Source: a virus. Taken from it: a stretch of DNA of 64,000 nt. The notes beneath the pieces were generated by a model. The model was given only the letters and a program-made list of their open reading frames with translations. It had not been told where the DNA came from and searched no databases. The stretch lies in the IMG/VR virus record IMGVR_UViG_3300021091_005158, positions 6,070-70,069 of that record; one strand, written 5' to 3'. How positions within the stretch are numbered: position 1 is the stretch's first letter; each line of letters starts with the position of its first letter. Of this stretch, positions 39,144 through 48,357 are shown piece after piece. Made by a program: the position numbers and the translations under genes.

Positions 39144-39706
39144 TAAAAGTTCAAGAAAACTGGGGAATACTAATATCTCAGACCGGATCCGAGATTATTG
39201 CTATAGCTAAAGAAACCGGGTTTCTCCCTAGTCTCCTTGTTACTAATAGATTAAGTAAGATATCTGATGATAACCTGAGATTCTTTGGAGAAAATAGTGT
39301 AACAATAAAGACAATACCGTTTAAGCCTGTATTAAAAGATTATCTTTTTCCTGAACTACTTGAAAAAAAGCTAATTACTTTACATGGATTTTTGAGAATA
39401 TTACCTACTGGGTTTTTTAGTGAATACAAAGGCAAAATTTATAACGGTCATCCTGCACTCATTACTCGCTATCCTGAATTAAAAGGCTTTAATAAACAAG
39501 AAGATATTGTTAAAAATCATGAAAAGTACCCCGTTTGCGGCTCAGTAATTCACGAAGTAATTCCGGAATTAGATTCAGGGGAAGTTATAATAACAGCTAG
39601 TATCGAAAATACCGCAAAAACTGTAGACGAAGCATATTCTATTTTACGGACTACGTCTCTTCTTACTTGGGTAGAATTTTTTAAGAATACTTGGACCTTT
39701 CAGTAA
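39140..39706 (+). CDS. PurN/Fmt-type formyltransferase (candidate preQ1 N-formyltransferase)
   Basis: NGHPALITRYPELKG (N-x-H-P-[SA]-L-[LI] catalytic Asn/His) and HEVIPELDSGEVI (cf. GART HFVTEELDGGPVI catalytic Asp). Confidence 0.65.
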   Translation: MIKVQENWGILISQTGSEIIAIAKETGFLPSLLVTNRLSKISDDNLRFFGENSVTIKTIPFKPVLKDYLFPELLEKKLITLHGFLRILPTGFFSEYKGKIYNGHPALITRYPELKGFNKQEDIVKNHEKYPVCGSVIHEVIPELDSGEVIITASIENTAKTVDEAYSILRTTSLLTWVEFFKNTWTFQ

Positions 39707-39734
39707 ATATTCATATATTATATAAAATATTTAA

Positions 39735-40244
39735 ATGAAAATATTACTTGGATCTCACGGGACCGGAAAAACTACCTTACTTAAAGAGGTTGCTACTAAT
39801 TATCCCGGGTATTATGTTACTGATGGTTTCTCAAGACCTGTTATTAAGATAGGCAAGCAGCTGGAATTATCAGGTTATGAAAAGCAATACGTAATAAATG
39901 AACTATCTGCTTGGGCTTATCAAAATTACTTAACACATAAAAATGTAATTAGTACTCGAAGTATTGTTGATTGTATTATTTACTCCCAAATTTTAGCCCC
40001 TAATCTTGATATTGAAAACCTTATTACTCTATTTGAAGAAACTAAAGATCAAGTAGAACGTTTTTTTTATATACCTGTTGAGTTTGATTTTGAAGCCGAT
40101 CCTGATCGCTTAAGTCAAGAATTGCAATTAAAAATAGATCAAGTTATAAGAGAATTTATGATAAATTATATTCCTAAAGAAAAAGTAGTTATATTAAAAG
40201 GTACAGTAGAAGAACGTTTAAAATCGATATCCTTATATCTTTGA
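39735..40244 (+). CDS. P-loop NTPase (putative nucleotide/nucleoside kinase)
   Basis: Walker A GSHGTGKTTLLKEV at the N-terminus; small (169 aa) kinase-like size. Confidence 0.4.
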   Translation: MKILLGSHGTGKTTLLKEVATNYPGYYVTDGFSRPVIKIGKQLELSGYEKQYVINELSAWAYQNYLTHKNVISTRSIVDCIIYSQILAPNLDIENLITLFEETKDQVERFFYIPVEFDFEADPDRLSQELQLKIDQVIREFMINYIPKEKVVILKGTVEERLKSISLYL

Positions 40245-40247
40245 ATT

Positions 40248-40958
40248 ATGAGTAGAGATAAACATATTAAAATTGAAAAACTAGAGCTTGCACAAGCTGG
40301 CCATGCTAACGGTATTAGTACTTTTTTGCGAGACGCAATTAAAGAAGGAAGAAATTGTTTAACTGAAGGTGAAAAGAAGCTTATTATTGAAGCTGCTTCT
40401 TTACATTACGGCAATTTTCTAACTGCTTTAGGAGTTGACTGGGAAAACGACCCTAATAGCTCGAATACTCCTATGAGAGTGGCTAAGGCCTACGTAAACG
40501 ACTTATGGAAAGGTAGATATGAGCAGCTAGATTCTGTGACTAGCTTTCCGGCTGACGGTTATGACGGAGTAGTATTTGAAGGAGGTATCCCTATTACGAG
40601 TATGTGTAGTCACCATCATCAGACTATTAACGGCCTGTGTCATATCGCTTACGTGCCGACCCTTAAAAGTAGGGTAGTAGGTCTAAGTAAACTTAACCGA
40701 ATTGTAGAGCATTTTAGTAGAAGAGGTTCAATTCAAGAACAATTAACTGTAGCTATTCATAATGCTGTAGATAAAATTTGCGAAGATAATATTGGTGTTG
40801 CAGTAATGATTGAAGCAACTCATAACTGTGTAAGCTGTAGAGGTGTAAAGCATCAAGGTGCTAATATGAAGACCTCTAAGCTATCAGGATGCTTTTTAGT
40901 AGAAGATGCTGCACGAGCTGAATTTTATGAGTTTATTAAAGGTTACCCTAGGAAATAA
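40248..40958 (+). CDS. folE: GTP cyclohydrolase I (FolE)
   Basis: SMCSHHHQTING (cf. the CEHH zinc motif, Glu->Ser) and HNCVSCRGV (second zinc-Cys region); T-fold length plus an N-terminal extension. Confidence 0.65.
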   Translation: MSRDKHIKIEKLELAQAGHANGISTFLRDAIKEGRNCLTEGEKKLIIEAASLHYGNFLTALGVDWENDPNSSNTPMRVAKAYVNDLWKGRYEQLDSVTSFPADGYDGVVFEGGIPITSMCSHHHQTINGLCHIAYVPTLKSRVVGLSKLNRIVEHFSRRGSIQEQLTVAIHNAVDKICEDNIGVAVMIEATHNCVSCRGVKHQGANMKTSKLSGCFLVEDAARAEFYEFIKGYPRK

Positions 40959-40967
40959 TTTACAAAA

Positions 40968-41504
40968 ATGTTAAATGCACAACAAATCCTCGAAGAAGGA
41001 TTACTTAAGTTAGATAATACTAAAGGTAAAGTAGCTCAAGTTGGTTATGATATAACCCTTAAAGAGGTAAATAGAGTAGGTGATCCAAACGGAATCGACG
41101 AAAAACTTGTATATAGAAAATTCAAGATAGGTAAAGTTTTAAAGAATAAAACTGAATTAACTACTTATACTCCAGTTGAAACTATTCGTCTTGAAGAAGT
41201 TCAAGGATGGCTTTTGCATCCAGGTACATATGATATTGCATTTTGGGAAGGCTGTAGAATTCCAGATAATCGTGTAGCTTTTATTAAACAACGATCATCA
41301 TTATGGCGTAACGGTACTTTAATTAATTCGCCCGTATTTGATCCTGGTTTTGAGACTGAAAATATAGGAACAATTATGTTAGTAACTCAAACGATTTTTA
41401 TCGAAAAAGACGCTCGTGTAGCTCAAATATATTTTCACGAATGCACTCCAGCTGAAGAATATAACGGTCAGTGGCAAAACGATAAGCAGCGATCTTCCCT
41501 GTAA
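40968..41504 (+). CDS. dCTP deaminase/dUTPase-superfamily protein
   Basis: RSSLWRNG (motif III R-S-S-l-x-R-x-G) and VFDPGFETENIG (the DPGF-G uracil/cytosine pocket motif). Confidence 0.5.
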   Translation: MLNAQQILEEGLLKLDNTKGKVAQVGYDITLKEVNRVGDPNGIDEKLVYRKFKIGKVLKNKTELTTYTPVETIRLEEVQGWLLHPGTYDIAFWEGCRIPDNRVAFIKQRSSLWRNGTLINSPVFDPGFETENIGTIMLVTQTIFIEKDARVAQIYFHECTPAEEYNGQWQNDKQRSSL

Positions 41505-41514
41505 AGTATATATT

Positions 41515-41522
41515 TATATTTG
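41515..41522 (+). promoter_or_regulatory. Bacteroidetes-type -7 element TAtaTTTG
   Basis: Exact TAnnTTTG in the 158-bp intergenic region upstream of 41662. Confidence 0.3.
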
Positions 41523-41661
41523 TAAAAACATTTTTAAACACTTTAAGAAACAGGTCTATTCATTAAAGAATCAAACTAGTAGCGTTCAGATAAATTTTAA
41601 ATCTCTACTGCAGTGGTTACGAACGGATTATTAGTAAATTTAGACAGCAGTAACCCTTGAT

Positions 41662-41985
41662 ATGGAAAATTTTGATCCAAATAAAGAATCTGAAGGTCTT
41701 GGCGACACCATTGCTAAGGTTACTAATTTTCTAGGTATAGATAAAGTAGCTGAAGGTTTAGCTAAATTAGCGGGGGCTAAAGATTGTGGTTGTAGTAGAC
41801 GTAAGGATCTACTTAACGAATTGTTTCCATATAATCACTCCGTCAGAGAATTTAAAGTCTTAAAAGATTTTAAGCACGATAGTACTCTATTTAAGCAAGG
41901 TACAACTATACACGTAGCTAAAACAAGTAAAATTCGTAATAATATATTAAATTTAGTAAGGGACGGAATATTAGAAGAAGTATAA
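41662..41985 (+). CDS. Hypothetical protein
   Basis: ORF only. Confidence 0.25.
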   Translation: MENFDPNKESEGLGDTIAKVTNFLGIDKVAEGLAKLAGAKDCGCSRRKDLLNELFPYNHSVREFKVLKDFKHDSTLFKQGTTIHVAKTSKIRNNILNLVRDGILEEV

Positions 41986-41988
41986 AAT

Positions 41989-42168
41989 ATGATAATAGTA
42001 AATATAAATGGCTCAGTTGAACATGCTTTGAAGCAATATAAAAATAAACATAATAAAATAGGAATAATAAAAGAATTAAGAGATAGAAAGACCTTTATTA
42101 AACCTTCAGTTAAACGTAGAACTGAAATTTTAAAGGCTCGATACGTAGAGTCTAAAAAAATAAAATGA
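41989..42168 (+). CDS. rpsU: Phage-encoded ribosomal protein bS21
   Basis: Unlisted 59-aa ORF MIIVNINGSVEHALKQYKNKHNKIGIIKELRDRKTFIKPSVKRRTEILKARYVE..., matching the S21 pattern (V...E.aLkrFKr...k.Gi..E.RrR..F.KPs..Rr). Confidence 0.65.
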   Translation: MIIVNINGSVEHALKQYKNKHNKIGIIKELRDRKTFIKPSVKRRTEILKARYVESKKIK

Positions 42169-43184
42169 AGATAGATAAATATAATAAGCTAAGAGTAAAG
42201 CTTGAGGTGCATAAGCTTGAGCAAAACTATTTTACTTTAGATAGAATACTCTACTACTTTTCTTTTCTTGGTAATATATTCCTTATTTACTTTGGATACT
42301 TTTTTGTAAAGTCAATTACTGATAGTATCCCTCCTTTATTTCCTTTTCAGGATACTTTTTTTGCTATTTTCGTAGCACTTTTCCTTACTGGCTATGAACT
42401 AACTAAAAGGTTTGTCTTAGAACAATTGTCAATTAGCATTTTGCAAATAAAAAAATTTACTTATTCTATAGCTGTAGGATCAGTTATTTTTATGGGATTA
42501 ATGGCAGGAAGCTTCTACCTATCAATAAAAGGAGCTCATAGATTAATTGATGATTCAGAGACTATTCAAACCACTCTTGAAACTAGTATTTCATTGAAAG
42601 CCGATTCTATTGCGAAATATTACGATAAAGAGATTAATTATTACAGAACCCAGCCTTCTAAGTCAAGGGTAGATAGACAATATAGGGATTCAATAGTTGC
42701 TTCCCTGCAAAAAAGTAAAGAGACGAAATTAAACGAAATAGAGGATAAGTCTAAAGAAAAAACGGCTAGCAAGCTGGACGTAAGTAGCGAGAATTCAACA
42801 GCATTTTTCTTTATAACTGTATTTTTGGAATTATTAATCTTAGTAGGCGTAGGTTTTAACGCATACTATACTATAGGGAGTTACGACGAAACTAAGAAAC
42901 TCCTACAAACTCCCAAATTCAAGCAGTTGGAGCTTAACTTAAAACTACTTAAATTGTACTATCAAAACGGTAAGAAGTTAGCTGGTGACCCTACTCTATC
43001 TTTCAGCAAATTTCAATCTCTTGTACAGACTGCAGGCTTATACTGCTTTCAGAAAGACCTAAAAGCGTTTACTACTTTATGTCAAGAGCTCGAAATCGCT
43101 AGAGAGTCTAGGGGTAGAAAAAAAGAGTTAACTATGTCTTACGATCAAGCAAAAAAATTGATAGAAAATCAAGAAGGTTTTTAA
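42165..43184 (+). CDS. Membrane-anchored coiled-coil protein
   Basis: N-terminal TM helices (ILYYFSFLGNIFLIYFGYFFV ...) and a long helical Lys/Glu-rich C-terminus. Confidence 0.3.
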   Translation: MKIDKYNKLRVKLEVHKLEQNYFTLDRILYYFSFLGNIFLIYFGYFFVKSITDSIPPLFPFQDTFFAIFVALFLTGYELTKRFVLEQLSISILQIKKFTYSIAVGSVIFMGLMAGSFYLSIKGAHRLIDDSETIQTTLETSISLKADSIAKYYDKEINYYRTQPSKSRVDRQYRDSIVASLQKSKETKLNEIEDKSKEKTASKLDVSSENSTAFFFITVFLELLILVGVGFNAYYTIGSYDETKKLLQTPKFKQLELNLKLLKLYYQNGKKLAGDPTLSFSKFQSLVQTAGLYCFQKDLKAFTTLCQELEIARESRGRKKELTMSYDQAKKLIENQEGF

Positions 43185-45493
43185 TGCAGCAAAAAAGTTA
43201 TGTTATAGTAAATAATAAAGAAACGTTAAAAGAGTTAGTTCAGCATATAGCAACTAGCGAGTACGTAGCGTTAGATACTGAAACCGATAGTTTGAATCCT
43301 AGAAAGGGTCGAATTATCGGCTTTTCTATTTCTGGTGAAGTAGGTAAAGGTTACTATATGCCTATAATGGTATGGAATACTGATAGACTCGAAGAAGTAG
43401 TTATTGAAGGAAAAAACGCTAACGTTTTAGCTAAATATGTTATTAAGCAATTAATAGGGAAGAAAGTTATTTGTCATAACGCTTCTTTCGACTTACGTTA
43501 TATAGAGAATTTTTACGGAATTAACTTGTTAAATTATTTGCATGCTGATACTTCTCTACTTGTGCATACAGTAAAAGAAGAAGGAGCATTTGGATACGGT
43601 AATCCTTTTGGATTAAAAAGTATTGCTATAATGGTTCAAAAGGAAATCGGTTTAGATGTAGAAACTGAAGCTAATGAAGAACAAATAGCTCTTAAAGAGA
43701 GTATAAAAGCAAATGGCGGTTCAACTTCTAAGGAGAATTATGAGATATACAAAGCTGATTTAGTGGTACTATCAAAGTATGCAGCAGCCGATACCGACTT
43801 GACGCTACGTATCTATCATCACTTTTACAAAATATTAGTAGAGGAAGGTCTTGAAAAGTTTTTCTTTGAAGACGAGGTGATGCCTGTTTATAGAGAGGTT
43901 ACTATACCGATGGAGAAACACGGTATTAGATTAGATATCTCTCTTATTAAAGAAACTAAAGATAGAATAACTAAAGACCTCGAAGTGCAGGCAACAGCAG
44001 TACTCAAAGAGTTATTAAAAGAGCCTAAAGTACGCAAATGGATTATTGATCAAGCGGTAGAAGCGTATCCTCCAAAAAGCAAAGGTATATTTGCCCAACG
44101 TCTACTCGAGCAAAATAATATCGATCTACCTAAATCAAATAAGACAGGTAAATTTACTATAAATAAAGCGGCTATATTAGCTCTATCTCCTTCTACTATA
44201 AAGGATTACTTGATGACTGGTGATATAGAAAATCTCACTAAAGATCAAATTGTTAAAGTTAGTTTATCTTTATGGAAAGAGGATAATGACGGCCAGTTCT
44301 TTAATATACAGTCTAAAGATCAAATGGGTAAGATAGCTTTTGATGTATTAGGTGAGAAATCGATTTCAACAACTACTAAAGGAAAGGCTCAATTTGACGA
44401 AGATATGATCCAATCCATAAAGGACAAATATTTATGGGCAAATCATTTACGCTTATACAATAAACTTACTAAAATTAAAACTGCATACGTAGATCGATTT
44501 TTTGATTCAGCTGAGGATGGTAGATTTTATCCTTATTTCAAGCAGAACGGTACTGTATCAGGAAGATACGGATCAGATATGCAGCAGTTGCCTAAGCCAC
44601 TAGAGCCAGGTCAAGAGGAAGATTTAATTATTGGATATACAAACCTTGTAAGAGCTTTCTTTATTGCTGACGAAGGCACTAAGATACTTGATACTGATTA
44701 TGCATCTCTGGAACCTCGGGTATTTGCTACAGTAGCAGGTGATCAAGGTCTGAAAGATATTTTTAATAATGATTTAGATTTTTATTCTCATATTGCTATA
44801 AAAACCGAAAAGCTTGAAGGAGTAAGTGCCCATACCAAAGCTCCTAATTTTCTTAAAAAAATAGATCCCGTCAAAAGACAGACTGCAAAAGGTTATGCGT
44901 TAGGTGTACCGTACGGAATGTCCGGATATGCCCTAGCAATGTCGTTAGGAGTAGATAGGAAAGAAGGAGAAAGACTTGTAGAAGGTTACTTAGATGGATT
45001 TCCTGAATTAAGAAAGTGGAGAGAGAATTCTAGAAAGTTTGTTAAAGAGAACGGCTATATTAAGAATAAGGTAGGTCGAATCAGGCATTTGCCACAGGCT
45101 AAGGAAATCTATTCTGCCCTAGGGGATAGGCTTATTGAAGACTGGAGGTTTAGAAAAGATTTGGAGAGAGAGTATGGAGTAGAGTACACAACTGGTTTGT
45201 ATAGAGATTATAAAAATGCACTTAACAACTGTTTAAACTTTCAAATTCAGAGTTATTCAGCAAGCATAGTAAACCGTGCAGCCCTACAAATCAATAGGAG
45301 ATTCAAGGGAGAAGGCATTAGAGGGCAGGTAATTTGTCAAATTCATGACCAACTAGTATGCCAAGTTAAAGAAGAAGACGTAAAACGTGCATGCGAAATA
45401 GTACAAGACTGTATGGAGAATACAACTAAGCTAGAAGGTGTGCAACTTATTGCCGATCCGGAAGTTTCGGTTAATTTTCGTGATGGACACTAG
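43184..45493 (+). CDS. polA: DNA polymerase I (family A) with 3'-5' exonuclease domain
   Basis: Exo I VALDTETDSL; SGRYGSDMQQLP; motif A ILDTDYASLEPRVFA; motif B RQTAKGYALGVPYG; motif C QIHDQLVCQV. Confidence 0.85.
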   Translation: MQQKSYVIVNNKETLKELVQHIATSEYVALDTETDSLNPRKGRIIGFSISGEVGKGYYMPIMVWNTDRLEEVVIEGKNANVLAKYVIKQLIGKKVICHNASFDLRYIENFYGINLLNYLHADTSLLVHTVKEEGAFGYGNPFGLKSIAIMVQKEIGLDVETEANEEQIALKESIKANGGSTSKENYEIYKADLVVLSKYAAADTDLTLRIYHHFYKILVEEGLEKFFFEDEVMPVYREVTIPMEKHGIRLDISLIKETKDRITKDLEVQATAVLKELLKEPKVRKWIIDQAVEAYPPKSKGIFAQRLLEQNNIDLPKSNKTGKFTINKAAILALSPSTIKDYLMTGDIENLTKDQIVKVSLSLWKEDNDGQFFNIQSKDQMGKIAFDVLGEKSISTTTKGKAQFDEDMIQSIKDKYLWANHLRLYNKLTKIKTAYVDRFFDSAEDGRFYPYFKQNGTVSGRYGSDMQQLPKPLEPGQEEDLIIGYTNLVRAFFIADEGTKILDTDYASLEPRVFATVAGDQGLKDIFNNDLDFYSHIAIKTEKLEGVSAHTKAPNFLKKIDPVKRQTAKGYALGVPYGMSGYALAMSLGVDRKEGERLVEGYLDGFPELRKWRENSRKFVKENGYIKNKVGRIRHLPQAKEIYSALGDRLIEDWRFRKDLEREYGVEYTTGLYRDYKNALNNCLNFQIQSYSASIVNRAALQINRRFKGEGIRGQVICQIHDQLVCQVKEEDVKRACEIVQDCMENTTKLEGVQLIADPEVSVNFRDGH

Positions 45494-45530
45494 TTTTCTT
45501 TAAACAGATATATTTATTATAAATAAATAA

Positions 45531-45544
45531 GGTACTTAGTAGGC
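45531..45544. repeat. Left arm of a 14-bp perfect inverted repeat flanking the Hsp20 gene
   Basis: ggtacttagtaggc; its reverse complement gcctactaagtacc occurs at 46047-46060. Confidence 0.7.
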
Positions 45545-45601
45545 CTTAAGTTTTGAAACATTTATTAATCGTTCACCGTAAGGGAACACAAATTTAAAAC
45601 T

Positions 45602-46039
45602 ATGACAGCACTTTTTCGTGCGTTCGAGCTCGATCCGTTTGACTTGCTATGGAAAGACCTAAAAGAAGCACAAGCACATTTTTCTGCAATTACGCAGAGA
45701 GTAACCCATCCTGTTGATATTTTCGAAACTAAAAGCGGTATTCGTTTTGAAATAGCCGCAGTAGGCCTTAGTGTCGAGGATATTCTTATTTCTGTTGAGA
45801 ATGATTCTCTTAGAATTTGTTACGATAAACCTGCACAACAGGAAGAAAATCATCCAATTTATAAGGGTATTAAGAGATCAAGTTTTGATCTTACTTGGAA
45901 AATTTCAACTAAGTTCGACTTAAGTAACCTTGAAGCATCTCTCGATAAAGGTCTTTTGACTTTAAATATACCAATTGCTGTAGGTAAAGCTACTCGAAAA
46001 ATTTCTATTACTACACCTAAAGCTTTTCTTGAGAATTAA
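45602..46039 (+). CDS. Small heat-shock protein (Hsp20/alpha-crystallin family)
   Basis: Alpha-crystallin-domain pattern: ETKSGIRFEIAAVGLSVEDILISVENDSLRI...RSSFDLTWKIS...LDKGLLTLNIP. Confidence 0.6.
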   Translation: MTALFRAFELDPFDLLWKDLKEAQAHFSAITQRVTHPVDIFETKSGIRFEIAAVGLSVEDILISVENDSLRICYDKPAQQEENHPIYKGIKRSSFDLTWKISTKFDLSNLEASLDKGLLTLNIPIAVGKATRKISITTPKAFLEN

Positions 46040-46046
46040 ATAAGTA

Positions 46047-46060
46047 GCCTACTAAGTACC
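46047..46060. repeat. Right arm of the 14-bp inverted repeat flanking the Hsp20 gene
   Basis: gcctactaagtacc. Confidence 0.7.
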
Positions 46061-46064
46061 AGTT

Positions 46065-46253
46065 ATGTTTACACTTACTAAGCAGTTTATTCCATTTAAT
46101 AGCAAACTCTTTTTAATTAAAAAAATTATTAAGGAAGATGATTTTCCCGTAATAGAAGTCTGGAAAGAGTATCTTCAGGCCGATACAATATTAAAGAAAG
46201 AAGGATTACTTTATTTTTTAGTAACAGTTGAAGATTTGGAGATTATTTCTTAA
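46065..46253 (+). CDS. Hypothetical small protein
   Basis: ORF only. Confidence 0.2.
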   Translation: MFTLTKQFIPFNSKLFLIKKIIKEDDFPVIEVWKEYLQADTILKKEGLLYFLVTVEDLEIIS

Positions 46254-46273
46254 ATTAAATTAAAATAAAAAGT

Positions 46274-46645
46274 ATGTCGAAGTTACAACCGTTAAATGGG
46301 TATTTAATTTTAAGACCTATAGAAGAAGAGGAACAAATGTATGGTAATATTGTTATTCCAGATTTAGGAAAAGAGAGGCCTGAGATGGGAGAAGTGATTG
46401 CTGTCTCTGCTACGTATAATTTTAATTCTGATAAACTAGTACTTTCAAATCTTGAATTAGGAGACAAAGTTCTTATCCCTAAACTAGGTTCTCTAAGAAT
46501 CACTGTAGAAAGCGAAGAATATTTTATTTGCAAAGAGCAAGACGTCTACGCAAAATTAAGCGGACAATTAAGTGTTTTATCAGTTCTTAAAGAGACAGTA
46601 GTTGATCCTGATTTTGAAAAATACAACAACAGTAAAGTATCATAA
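46274..46645 (+). CDS. groES: Co-chaperonin GroES
   Basis: LQPLNGYLILRPIEEEEQ...GNIVIPD matches GroES (kPL.DRVlvkr.E.E..t.gGI.lP). Confidence 0.7.
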   Translation: MSKLQPLNGYLILRPIEEEEQMYGNIVIPDLGKERPEMGEVIAVSATYNFNSDKLVLSNLELGDKVLIPKLGSLRITVESEEYFICKEQDVYAKLSGQLSVLSVLKETVVDPDFEKYNNSKVS

Positions 46646-46646
46646 A

Positions 46647-48269
46647 ATGACAACAACAGTATTTGGAATTGAATTAAAAAATAAGTTACTTGCGGGTATT
46701 AAAAAATTAAATGAATCGGTAACTTCCACTTTAGGGCCAGGAGGCCGTACAGTGTTAATTAAAGAAAAATCTGGCGAAGTAAAAGTAACTAAAGACGGAG
46801 TTACAGTAGCTCGTTCCTTTCACGAACTTGAAGACCAGGTTGAAGACCTTGGTGCCCAGCTAGTAAAGCAGGTATCCATAAAGTCTGCTAATGAAGCAGG
46901 AGACGGAACTACTACCTCTACTCTTCTTGCTACAACAATGGTTGAAGAAGGATTAAAGCTTATTAATCAAGGATCTAACCCAGTAGAGGTTAAGAAAGCT
47001 ATTGAGGTTTACGTAAAAGAAGTTATCGATAACTTAAAAAAAATATCGAAAGATATTTCCTCTCAAGATCAAATTCGTCAAGTAGCAGCTATCTCTGCAA
47101 ATAACGATATTGAGATAGGCAATCTAATATCAGCTGCTATTGAAAAAGTAGGAAGAGAAGGTATTGTTACTATTGAAGAATCTAAAACAGGTGAAACTGC
47201 TTTGGAGATAGTAGAAGGTATGCAGTTTGATAGAGGATACAAATCCCCATACTTCGTTACTAATAATACTACAATGCATGCAGTCTTGAATGAACCTTAT
47301 ATTCTTATTTACGATGGCCGTATCACTAAAGCTGCTGATATTTTAAATTCGTTAACTAAAGCCAACTCCGATCAAAAAGCTTTACTAATAGTAGCTGAAG
47401 ATATAGAAGACGAAGCGCTTGCTACTTTGATAGTAAATAAAATGCGCGGTATAGTTTATGTAGCAGGAGTAAAAGCTCCTGACTTTGGGGAACGCCGTAC
47501 TTTAATCTTAGAAGATCTAGCTATTTTAACCGGGGGACAGGTAATTTCTAAAAATAAAGGACATAAACTAGAGAAAATAACCCCGTTACAGTTAACGGAA
47601 TTTTTCGGAGTCGCAAGAACTGTTACGGTATCTAAAGAAACCACTACTATAGTTGATGGCAAAGGTAATATAGATGCTATAAGCTTAAGAGCTGAAGAGA
47701 TAAAAGATCAAATTGAAAAAGCTACATCATTTTATGAGAAAGAAAAGCTTCAGGAGAGGCTTGGTAAATTAGTTGGCGGAGTAGCTATTATTTCAGTAGG
47801 AGGAAATTCCGATATTGAGATTAAAGAAAAGAAAGATAGGGTAGAAGATGCTTTGTTTGCTACTAAAGCAGCTCTAGTAGAAGGCGTAGTTCCTGGTGGA
47901 GGACTTGCATTAATTACAGCATTCGAAAATATTAAATTACCTTTAACATCAAGCGATGAGCAAAAAGGTTGGAATATAGTTAAAAGAGCTTGTCATGCTC
48001 CTTTCAAAGTAATTTTAACAAACTGTGGTATTGAAGATCACTACCGTATTTTAAGTGAAATTAAGAATTATGAAAGTCAAGAATCAGCTCACACTTATGA
48101 TGCTAAAAATCAAAAAGTAGTAGAGGCAACTGAAGCAGGTCTTCTTGATCCGACTAAAGTCACACGTACTGCTCTTGAAAATGCTGCCTCCGTAGCAGGT
48201 ACTATACTAACAACAGAATCAGTAATTTTCGAAAAAAAAGACGATAAGAAAAAAGATGAAGAAATTTAA
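46647..48269 (+). CDS. groEL: Chaperonin GroEL
   Basis: [17 protein letters not shown] and GGGLAL motifs. Start placed at MTTTVFG (46647), just after the GroES stop; the listed ORF start at 46602 overlaps GroES. Confidence 0.85.
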   Translation: MTTTVFGIELKNKLLAGIKKLNESVTSTLGPGGRTVLIKEKSGEVKVTKDGVTVARSFHELEDQVEDLGAQLVKQVSIKSANEAGDGTTTSTLLATTMVEEGLKLINQGSNPVEVKKAIEVYVKEVIDNLKKISKDISSQDQIRQVAAISANNDIEIGNLISAAIEKVGREGIVTIEESKTGETALEIVEGMQFDRGYKSPYFVTNNTTMHAVLNEPYILIYDGRITKAADILNSLTKANSDQKALLIVAEDIEDEALATLIVNKMRGIVYVAGVKAPDFGERRTLILEDLAILTGGQVISKNKGHKLEKITPLQLTEFFGVARTVTVSKETTTIVDGKGNIDAISLRAEEIKDQIEKATSFYEKEKLQERLGKLVGGVAIISVGGNSDIEIKEKKDRVEDALFATKAALVEGVVPGGGLALITAFENIKLPLTSSDEQKGWNIVKRACHAPFKVILTNCGIEDHYRILSEIKNYESQESAHTYDAKNQKVVEATEAGLLDPTKVTRTALENAASVAGTILTTESVIFEKKDDKKKDEEI

Positions 48270-48357
48270 AAAATATACTAATAGCTTCTGATTTAACTAG
48301 AATTCCTATTTATTTATGGATGTTTATATTAAGTTTTTAATAATTTAAATTTAAGGT

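Noticed and set aside
46602-46646. Listed GroEL ORF start at 46602, overlapping GroES by 44 nt
   Set aside because: GroEL homology begins at MTTTVFG (46647), immediately after the GroES stop; the upstream 15 codons are a read-through artefact of ORF calling.
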